Assembly: GCA_044341115.1 (NCBI GenBank)
Contig: JBIISH010000001.1
Coordinates: forward strand, 1 to 28,451
Source: Candidatus Nanopelagicales bacterium
Lineage (GTDB): Bacteria; Actinomycetota; Actinomycetes; S36-B12
DNA length: 28,451 nt
Direction: 5' to 3'
Shown in pieces: positions 17,395-24,463 of this stretch (positions within the stretch are counted from its first letter, which is position 1; each line of letters starts with the position of its first letter). The position numbers and the translations under genes were made by a program. Under the pieces are notes generated by a model. The model ran no database searches. It was not told the DNA's origin and saw nothing but the letters and a program-made list of their open reading frames with translations.

Positions 17395-17898
17395 TTGGAC
17401 TACAACTGGCTCACCCCCAAGGCGCAGGCGCGCCCCGCCGGGGATAAGGGTTGGGGCTCCTTTGTCATTGAACCCATTCGCAAGGGTGAGACAGTCGCGG
17501 CTTTCGGTGGTTGGGTGGTGACCCGCGAGGTCCTGTCCGGCATGAACCACGACCGCCAATCACGATCGATCCAAGTAGATGAAGACCTGTATCTCGTTTC
17601 TTCAGACACTCCCGAGCCGGGCGACATGCTCAACCATGCATGCGACCCGAACTGCGGAATGGCCGGATCGTCCATGCTGATCGCGATGCGTGACATCGAA
17701 CCAGGTGAAGAACTCACCTTCGACTACGCGATGTGTGATGCCTCCGACTACGACGAGTTCAGTTGCCTGTGCACAATGCCGGGCTGCCGCGGGGTCGTCA
17801 CTGGTGCGGACTGGCGGGATCCGGTGCTGCAGGCAAAGTACATGGGCTTCCACTCGCCGTACCTGCTCAAGCGGATCGCAGCACTGCACACCGCGTAG
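17395..17898 (+). CDS. SET-domain protein with post-SET cysteines (putative protein-lysine methyltransferase)
   Basis: KGWGSF, MLNHACDPNC, IEPGEELTFDY and post-SET CLCTMPGCRG motifs. TTG start with GAAAGG upstream; the exact start is uncertain. Confidence 0.88.
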   Translation: MDYNWLTPKAQARPAGDKGWGSFVIEPIRKGETVAAFGGWVVTREVLSGMNHDRQSRSIQVDEDLYLVSSDTPEPGDMLNHACDPNCGMAGSSMLIAMRDIEPGEELTFDYAMCDASDYDEFSCLCTMPGCRGVVTGADWRDPVLQAKYMGFHSPYLLKRIAALHTA

Positions 17899-17910
17899 CG
17901 CCACCCCCCG

Positions 17911-17985
17911 GCGATTTCACCCGGGTCCCGGGTCAATTCACCAAAGTGGGGTGTTTGAAGGCCTCCGAATGGCGATTTCACCCGG
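17911..17985 (+). repeat. Left three-box repeat arm (REP-doublet/terminal-repeat-like)
   Basis: gcgatttcacccg-ggt-cccgggtcaattcacca-27 nt-ggcgatttcacccgg. It is the mirror image of 18660-18733. Confidence 0.85.
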
Positions 17986-18020
17986 TCGGTTCTTGATTCC
18001 CGGTTTAGTCCCCTGAATGC

Positions 18021-18055
18021 TTGTATCGCGTATCGATACACGATACAGTGGCAAC
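18021..18055 (+). promoter_or_regulatory. higBA promoter with an overlapping palindromic operator
   Basis: TTGTAT (18021-18026), 17 bp, TACAGT (18044-18049), 6 nt, ATG 18056. A 26-bp near-perfect palindrome tgtatcgcgtatcgatacacgataca spans 18022-18047. Confidence 0.75.
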
Positions 18056-18334
18056 ATGATTGTGGGCTTTCGTCACAAAGGCTTGCGGGCTTTGTATGAA
18101 AAAGACTCAATCCGAGGAGTTCAAGCTGATCAAGCGGCCAAGCTTCGTCGAATCCTGACTGCTCTCGACGCTGCCAACAACCCAGGTGATCTTGAAATAC
18201 CTGGATTTCGTTTGCACTCGCTGTCAGGAAAACTGAATGATCACTGGTCGATTTGGGTGAACGGGAACTGGCGAGTCACATTTCGATTCATCGAAAGCGA
18301 CGTGGAACTTGTCGACTACCAGGACTACCACTAG
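18056..18334 (+). CDS. higB: HigB toxin (RelE superfamily, Rts1 killer-protein type), 92 aa
   Basis: MIVGFRHKGLRALYE...PGFRLHSLSGKLNDHWSIWVNGNWRVTFRF...VDYQDYH. The toxin gene lies upstream of an HTH antitoxin. Confidence 0.93.
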   Translation: MIVGFRHKGLRALYEKDSIRGVQADQAAKLRRILTALDAANNPGDLEIPGFRLHSLSGKLNDHWSIWVNGNWRVTFRFIESDVELVDYQDYH

Positions 18335-18348
18335 GGAGTGTGAGTGAC

Positions 18349-18654
18349 ATGAAGAATCCTGTACATCCGGGAGCAATACTTCGCGAGGATGTTCTTGCTG
18401 AACTCGGAATGTCCGTTGGTGAGGCTGCCGAGCGACTCGGAATCTCACGGGTAACGCTCAGCCGTGTCATCCATGAGCATGCCCGAATCTCACCGAATCT
18501 TGCGCTTCGCCTAGAAGCCGCTGGGGTCGGAACTGCGCGTGTGTGGCTAGCAATGCAAACTGCAAGAGATTTGGCAGATGAACGCGCCGCAGGAACACCG
18601 AAAGTACGCAAGCTCGTATCAATCGGCACATCCGCGCGAGCACTCAGCGTCTAA
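18349..18654 (+). CDS. higA: HigA antitoxin (HTH-XRE), 101 aa
   Basis: MKNPVHPGAILREDVL..LGMSVGEAAERLGISRVTLSRVI..HARISPNLALRL...WLAMQ. GGGAG SD upstream. Confidence 0.93.
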   Translation: MKNPVHPGAILREDVLAELGMSVGEAAERLGISRVTLSRVIHEHARISPNLALRLEAAGVGTARVWLAMQTARDLADERAAGTPKVRKLVSIGTSARALSV

Positions 18655-18659
18655 AGCAC

Positions 18660-18733
18660 CCGGGTGAAATCGCCAGAACTGCCCGGAATCGGGCTGGAAA
18701 TGGTGAATTCACCCGGGAAACGGGCGAAATCGC
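18660..18733 (-). repeat. Right three-box repeat arm, inverted relative to 17911-17985
   Basis: The reverse complement reads gcgatttcgcccg-ttt-cccgggtgaattcacca-26 nt-ggcgatttcacccgg. The boxes match the left arm at 12/13, 16/17 and 15/15. Confidence 0.85.
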
Positions 18734-18757
18734 AAGGGTGTGGGGGCGGGTTAGGGG

Positions 18758-19738
18758 TTAGGGCGCCTGCAGCACGATCTTGCCGGTGACCGGACCATCT
18801 TGCAGTAGGCGATGCGCATCAGCTGCATCCTGCATCGGCATCACCCGATCGATGACCGGCTTAACCACACCGGATTCGATCCACGGCCACACCACCTTCT
18901 CCACCTCGCGGCAGATAGCGGCCTTCTCGGTGTCTGGGCGAGCCCGCATGCTGGTGGCTGCGAACGTGCCGTTCTTGCGCAGCAGCGTCGCAATATCAAA
19001 CTCGGCCTTGGTGCCACCTTGCATGCCGATGGTCACGATGCGTCCGTTGCGATTGAGAGCGTCGACGTTGCGCATCAAGTAGGAGGCGCCCATGTTGTCC
19101 AGGATTACGTCGGCGCCGCGGCCCGCTGTCTGGTCCTTGATGGCTTCCACGAAGTCTTCGTCGTTGTAGTTAATCAAGATCTCCGCACCGAGTGCAGAGC
19201 ACGCGTTGAGCTTTGCTTGGGAACCAGCGGTAACGGCAACGCGAACACCCAGCGCGCGAGCAATCTGAATCGCCATGGTGCCGATGCCAGAACCGCCGCC
19301 GTGGATCAACAGGGTTTCACCCTCTTTGATGCGCGCGACCTTGGACAGGTTTACCCAGACGGTGCAGGCGGCCTCGGGAAGGCCGGCGGCATCGATGAGT
19401 GAAACGCCTTCGGGAACAGACATGAGTTGGCCCACAGGAACGGCAACCTTGGTGGCGTAACCGCCGCCGGCAAGAAGGGCCGTGACTTTCTCGCCGATGC
19501 GATCAAGGGTGAGGGCGGCGCCAACGGCGGCGATCGCGCCGGAGCACTCGAGGCCGAGGATGTCTGAGGATCCGGGGGGCGGTGGGTAGTTGCCTTCGCG
19601 CTGCAACAGATCAGCACGGTTAACGGCGGAGGCGGCGACCTCGATGATTACTTCACCTGGTCTGGGTGTGGGGTCGGGGACTTTCTGCCACTCGAGGACT
19701 TCGGGGCCGCCATCGCGGGATTGGACGATTGCATACAT
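18758..19738 (-). CDS. NAD(P)H-quinone oxidoreductase, PIG3/zeta-crystallin (MDR) family
   Basis: AVNRADLLQREGNYPPPPG..DILGLECSG, LLAGGGYA, LPEAACTVW, LIHGGGSGIGTMAIQ and VILDNMGASYL motifs. Confidence 0.93.
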   Translation of the reverse strand: MYAIVQSRDGGPEVLEWQKVPDPTPRPGEVIIEVAASAVNRADLLQREGNYPPPPGSSDILGLECSGAIAAVGAALTLDRIGEKVTALLAGGGYATKVAVPVGQLMSVPEGVSLIDAAGLPEAACTVWVNLSKVARIKEGETLLIHGGGSGIGTMAIQIARALGVRVAVTAGSQAKLNACSALGAEILINYNDEDFVEAIKDQTAGRGADVILDNMGASYLMRNVDALNRNGRIVTIGMQGGTKAEFDIATLLRKNGTFAATSMRARPDTEKAAICREVEKVVWPWIESGVVKPVIDRVMPMQDAADAHRLLQDGPVTGKIVLQAP

Positions 19739-19741
19739 CGG

Positions 19742-20815
19742 TTAGTCCTCTTCCTTATGTTGGATCACAACAATCCGGTCGCCTCGTTCTAGGGAACGAA
19801 TGTCGCCCTGGTCAAAGCGATGCGGAATGCCATCGCGGATGACGGCGAGCACGAGTTGCCCGCGCGCATCAAGATCTTGCGTGGATAGGCCGAGTTCCTC
19901 GCGGGTGATGTCGCGCTCGGTCACTTCGAGTCCGCGCGCAGAGTCCAGCAGATCTTCCATGATTTCACCGGCAGTGGGGCTGATCAGGGAAAGACCCATG
20001 AGTCGGCCAGCAGATTCAGCGGTGAGGATGACACTGTTCGCACCCGATTGGCGCAACACCTCGGCGTTCTGGGATTCGCGCACCGCAGCAACGATCTGAC
20101 AGCCCGGCTTGGTGAGCCGACGCGCGGTGAGCGTGACCAGCACGGCAGTGTCGTCCTCATCTGTTGCGACGACGATCCGCCCGGCCTTCTCGATCGCGGC
20201 GTCTTTGAGAATTTCTTCGCTGCGCGCATCGCCAACAATTCCGACGAGGCCATCGCGGGTTGCCATGTCAACAGATTCACGATCAGGGGCAATGACGACG
20301 ATGGAGTTACCCGATGTACCTGAGTCAAGCAGGGCGCGAGCAGCGGCACGGCCCTTGACGCCGTAACCAATGACGATGGTGTGATCTTGCACTTTCTTCC
20401 TCCATTTGCTCGAGCGCCACTCTTGGCGGGTGCGCTGGGTGAGCACCTCGATGGTGGTACCGATCAGGACAATCAAGAACAGAAAACGCAACGGCGTAAT
20501 GACAAGCACGTTGACCAGGCGTGAGGACTCGCAGACCGGAACGATGTCGCCGTAACCGGTGGTAGAGAGTGAAACCGTCGAGTAGTAGAACGCATCGAGC
20601 AAAGTAAGCGTGCCGACCTGGCCGCGGTCTGCATAGCAATCACGCTCGAAGTAGACGAGAAACGCGGTGAACACCAGAACACCCAAAGCGATCGCGATCC
20701 GAACGCCGAGATTACGGATCGGGCTGAACTTGTGCCGCGCGAACTGAAGATTGCGCTTGCCATCTGACTCGTCGTTGAGAGTCAGAAAGTCAGCAGGTTT
20801 CTTCTTGGCAGCCAC
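19742..20815 (-). CDS. Two-TM potassium channel with an RCK/TrkA-N domain
   Basis: Pore DAFYYSTVSLSTTGYGDIVP and Rossmann-like IVIGYGVKGRAAA. SD GAAAGGAG upstream of GTG 20815. Confidence 0.92.
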   Translation of the reverse strand: MAAKKKPADFLTLNDESDGKRNLQFARHKFSPIRNLGVRIAIALGVLVFTAFLVYFERDCYADRGQVGTLTLLDAFYYSTVSLSTTGYGDIVPVCESSRLVNVLVITPLRFLFLIVLIGTTIEVLTQRTRQEWRSSKWRKKVQDHTIVIGYGVKGRAAARALLDSGTSGNSIVVIAPDRESVDMATRDGLVGIVGDARSEEILKDAAIEKAGRIVVATDEDDTAVLVTLTARRLTKPGCQIVAAVRESQNAEVLRQSGANSVILTAESAGRLMGLSLISPTAGEIMEDLLDSARGLEVTERDITREELGLSTQDLDARGQLVLAVIRDGIPHRFDQGDIRSLERGDRIVVIQHKEED

Positions 20816-20853
20816 AAGTCTCCTTTCCGTGCGCCGCTTTGCAGGGTAGTCGG

Positions 20854-22062
20854 TCAGCGCCCGAGATGGTCCAGCACTAGGAGTGTGTCTCCGCGCACAC
20901 CCGTGCCAGGAGGTGCCACCACGTAGGAGTGGGCCATCGCCCAGCCGTGCAGGTCAGGGGCCAGTAGAACCGCAGCGCCATCGTCGATCCGAACGGGATG
21001 AATCGCGGTGTCTTCAGCGAACTCGGCGGCAGGAGCATCGTCAGCGAGGGGGATTGTGCGCGCCGGCGGAGTGGGGTCCTGGCGCATCGCCATGATGAGA
21101 GGCGTTGCCAGCGTCATGAGGGCACATAACGCACCGATCGGGTCACCGGGCAAACCAATCAGCAGGCGATCATCAGGCAACCGGGCCATCAACATGGGCG
21201 CCCCAGGCTGGACCATCACACCGTCCACGAGCCAGTGCGCACCGAGATCGCGGAGCACCTGGCGCAAGTGACTGTTGGGCCCGGGCGCTGTTGAGCCTGT
21301 GGTGATGAGAATGTCGACGTTCGCGTCGTTGATCTCGTCAAGGAGAAGGTGAGGTGAATCCGGTGCCCGCGTGGGCGGGAACCCCCGCGCACCTAATTCC
21401 CCAATAAATGCAGGGATCGTGTGACCGAGGGCATCGCGCGGGCGCCCGAAGCGTGGCAGACCACGATCAAGAAGCTCGGCGCCAAGAATCAACGTGCCCA
21501 CACGCGGCGGCGGGATCACGGTGAGCGAGTCGTGGCCGGTGCTTGCGGCGAGGGCCAACACTGCGGGCGTGATGCGCGCTCCGGCAGTGATGAGTTGGCT
21601 GCCGCCGTGGGCTCGTTCGCCTTGCCGCACGATTCCGTGTCCGAAGGTAGGGCGCGCACTTTCATCGGGTACACCGGTGAGTTCATCGCGCGCGGTAATG
21701 ATCGTCGCTCCACCGCTGCGTGTTTCGACGACAGCATGGTGATGGTGGATCACCGAATCGGTATGTAAAGGGATCGGCATACCAGCGAGAACCTTGCTGC
21801 AGCAATGCGGTGACAGCGCCACACCTTCAGCTAGTTCAACGAGTTGCCACGGTCCCTCACCGCAGACCGCGTAACCATCGAGCGCAGATGAATCAGTGGC
21901 GGGATCGTCATGCACGGTCAGCAAAGGCTGTGCGAGGTGCGCTCCTGCAGATTCATCAAGCCTGGCATTTCGCTCGGCCAACGCTCGCCCAGCCGTGCGC
22001 GCCACGAACCTGGCTTGGTTCCAATCGAGTAGCCCATCAAGACCCAACGCGCCATCGGTCAT
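20854..22062 (-). CDS. moeA: MoeA-family protein (molybdopterin molybdotransferase-like), divergent
   Basis: SALDGYAV, VRQGE, DILITTG and LIGLPGDP motifs in MoeA order. Several canonical motifs are degenerate (see findings). Confidence 0.8.
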   Translation of the reverse strand: MTDGALGLDGLLDWNQARFVARTAGRALAERNARLDESAGAHLAQPLLTVHDDPATDSSALDGYAVCGEGPWQLVELAEGVALSPHCCSKVLAGMPIPLHTDSVIHHHHAVVETRSGGATIITARDELTGVPDESARPTFGHGIVRQGERAHGGSQLITAGARITPAVLALAASTGHDSLTVIPPPRVGTLILGAELLDRGLPRFGRPRDALGHTIPAFIGELGARGFPPTRAPDSPHLLLDEINDANVDILITTGSTAPGPNSHLRQVLRDLGAHWLVDGVMVQPGAPMLMARLPDDRLLIGLPGDPIGALCALMTLATPLIMAMRQDPTPPARTIPLADDAPAAEFAEDTAIHPVRIDDGAAVLLAPDLHGWAMAHSYVVAPPGTGVRGDTLLVLDHLGR

Positions 22063-22133
22063 GACGATTCGCCACAGTCGACGGGGGCCACGGTTCTGGT
22101 GCCGCTCACAGTCACGCAGCCTATCCTCGCCAT

Positions 22134-23366
22134 ATGGGTTCGGCCGGGGTTCACGCGAATGGGTCTGCCGTTGATCTTGTAGTTATTGGCGGTGGGATCG
22201 TCGGCCTTGCCTTGGCTGATGCTTGGTTAGCTGCCCGGCCCGCAGACTCGGTGGTTGTGTATGACAAGGAAACTCGCCTGGCTGCGCATGCCTCGGGCCG
22301 CAATAGCGGAGTGCTGCACGCCGGTTTCTACTACGCGCCAGATTCGCTGAAGGCCCGGCTCACCCGGCAGGGAAATGCATTACTGCGCGAGTTTTGTCAT
22401 GAAAGTGGCGTGCAGATCCGCGAGACAGGCAAAGTGGTGGTGACCACCTCACCGGAGCAGTTGCCCGCCTTGCTCGAGTTGTATTCGCGCGGGCAAGCCA
22501 ACGGCGTTGAACTTTCACTGATTAATGAAAGCGATCTGGTCGAACTCGAACCACTCGCGCGTACGTATGGTCATGCGTTGTGGTCACCGAACACTGCGGT
22601 GGCTGATCCAGCTGCGGTGGTGGAAGCTCTCGCTGCGCGGGTCCGATCGCGCGGTGGTGTCATCGAGATGGGTGCTGAAGTAGTCGGTGCTGGCCCTGAT
22701 TGGGTTCAGACCGCGCATGGTGGCCGAGTATCTGCCGGGCATGTGATCAATGCCGCCGGTCTTTTTGCTGATCGTGTTGCGCACTGGTTCGGCATGGGAA
22801 TGGACTACCGAATGCTCCCGTTCAAGGGTTTGTATTGGTATGGCTCATGGGCACCTGGTCGGCTCACCCGGCACGTGTATCCCGTTCCCGATTCACGCAA
22901 CCCGTTCCTGGGCGTGCACCTGACCGTGACCGTTGATGGCCGCGCAAAGATCGGCCCGACCGCGATCCCTGCTTTGTGGCGCGAGGACTACTCCGTGCCC
23001 GGCTCGTGGGTCGATGGTTTCAATGCCGCAGATACGTGGGAGATCGCCCGCACGTACCCGCGATTCCTTCGCAGCCCGCATCACGATGTGCCCGGACTCA
23101 TCCGCACCGAAGTGCCCAAATACTCGCGCAAGCACTTGGTGAACCAAGCCAAAGCACTGGTGCCATCGGTCAATCACAAAGATTTCACGAAGCGCGGCAG
23201 ACCCGGGGTGCGCGCCCAATTACTGCACGTTCCCACGGGCAAATTGGAAATGGATTTTGTAGTGGAAGGCGACGAGCGATCAACCCACATGCTCAACGCG
23301 GTCTCCCCAGCGTGGACTAGTGCGTTAGCGGTAGCTGATCACGTAGTGAGTGGCATCGTTAAGTAG
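22134..23366 (+). CDS. lhgO: L-2-hydroxyglutarate oxidase-like FAD-dependent oxidoreductase
   Basis: VVIGGGIVGLA, HASGRNSGVLHAGFYYAPDSLKA, VYPVPD..NPFLGVHLT, GVRAQL and HMLNAVSPAWTSAL motifs. TATCCT lies 6 nt before the ATG. Confidence 0.88.
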   Translation: MGSAGVHANGSAVDLVVIGGGIVGLALADAWLAARPADSVVVYDKETRLAAHASGRNSGVLHAGFYYAPDSLKARLTRQGNALLREFCHESGVQIRETGKVVVTTSPEQLPALLELYSRGQANGVELSLINESDLVELEPLARTYGHALWSPNTAVADPAAVVEALAARVRSRGGVIEMGAEVVGAGPDWVQTAHGGRVSAGHVINAAGLFADRVAHWFGMGMDYRMLPFKGLYWYGSWAPGRLTRHVYPVPDSRNPFLGVHLTVTVDGRAKIGPTAIPALWREDYSVPGSWVDGFNAADTWEIARTYPRFLRSPHHDVPGLIRTEVPKYSRKHLVNQAKALVPSVNHKDFTKRGRPGVRAQLLHVPTGKLEMDFVVEGDERSTHMLNAVSPAWTSALAVADHVVSGIVK

Positions 23367-23474
23367 CTCGCCAAGGATGGGCGCAAGGGCTCTGCCATCC
23401 GATGATTCGCGTTATTCCGGATTGCGTACTCCCCACCGAGTGGTTGGCGAATATGGGAGAGGTGTGATTGCTGG

Positions 23475-24221
23475 TCAAGCGGGCAGAATCTTTCCCATTC
23501 CGGTGAAGGTTCGTCCCCACCAAGAGCCGGTGGTGGGGCTCACCCGAACTTTGTCACCACGGCCAGGGGCGTCGATCATTTTTCCGTCGCCGATGTAAAT
23601 GCCTACGTGATGCGCGCCGCGTTCGAAGAAGAAGACGAGGTCTCCGGGCTGCGCGTTAGCGCGTGAAACCTTCTTGACCTTGCCGTATTGCGCGCGGGAG
23701 TAGTGCGGAAGTGAAATATCTGCTGCTTGCTGGTAAACGAAGCGGGTCAGGCCGGAGCAGTCAAAACCGTGTGGGCCGCTAGCGCCAGGAATGTAGGAGT
23801 CGCCGATCTGCTTGCGAGCTATCTCAACGATGCGAGAACGCACAACCTTCATCTCGCGAGCAAGCAAAACTTTCGCAGTCACAGCGCGCAGCTCTTTATC
23901 GACGCTGTTGCGGGCCGACTTGGGCGTCGAATACAGCGCGGGGGTTGACTGGGCATCGATCAGATCAGCACTTTCCAGATCAGCATCGTCGAGCACTACT
24001 TCACTTGTCGCATCCGTTGCCGTCGGTTCAGGTGCAACGGATTCAGTCGCGACGGCTGTGGTGTGTTTTCCGAAGACCAGTGCGGTGGCGGCCATCGCGA
24101 TGATGGTGATCATCACCACGGCGATCCGGAAAGACATCGCGGATGCGTGCAGAGCCGAGCGCAGGGAAGTACTCGCGGCGCTGAACGGGCGTGCCGTGCT
24201 GCCGGTGAAACTCCTGGTCAT
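23475..24221 (-). CDS. NlpC/P60 (C40) cell-wall peptidase with an N-terminal membrane anchor/signal
   Basis: ARKQIGDSY..GASGPHGFDCSGLT, QPGDLVFF and HHVGIYIGDGKMIDAP motifs (catalytic Cys/His), plus a hydrophobic N-terminal segment. Confidence 0.92.
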   Translation of the reverse strand: MTRSFTGSTARPFSAASTSLRSALHASAMSFRIAVVMITIIAMAATALVFGKHTTAVATESVAPEPTATDATSEVVLDDADLESADLIDAQSTPALYSTPKSARNSVDKELRAVTAKVLLAREMKVVRSRIVEIARKQIGDSYIPGASGPHGFDCSGLTRFVYQQAADISLPHYSRAQYGKVKKVSRANAQPGDLVFFFERGAHHVGIYIGDGKMIDAPGRGDKVRVSPTTGSWWGRTFTGMGKILPA

Positions 24222-24463
24222 GTGCCTCGCCTTCCGGTTTATGTCCCCCGGTGGGGGGCTTTGTTCGGAGTGCTCGACGTTAGATAGTCATTGTTGATAA
24301 CGGAAACGTAACGACCGAAAATCGGACGCTTGCACGACCGAACTGTGACATGTGTCGCGAGGCTGTCCACACATTCCGGGGTCACATGCGTCACTCCAAC
24401 CCCACTGGTAAGGGTGCATGGTGAAGCGCATGGTCAGGCGGGCTGAGCCCGTAAAGTGTGCGC

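Noticed and set aside
17899-18745. CRISPR array or IS element interpretation of the repeats around higBA
   Set aside because: The repeats are inverted, few and not regularly spaced. No cas gene or transposase ORF is present and no clear target-site duplication was found.
22134-22182. Near-duplicated start (atgggttcggcc / atgggtctgcc) in lhgO suggesting a frameshift
   Set aside because: The second ATG is out of frame and gives only a 7-aa peptide. The main frame is uninterrupted and has a correctly spaced -10.
24222-24300. Possible c-di-AMP (ydaO) riboswitch upstream of the NlpC/P60 gene
   Set aside because: Only a GGGGGAC fragment and a short ccccc/ggggg hairpin are present. The other conserved ydaO blocks are not visible and the space is too short.
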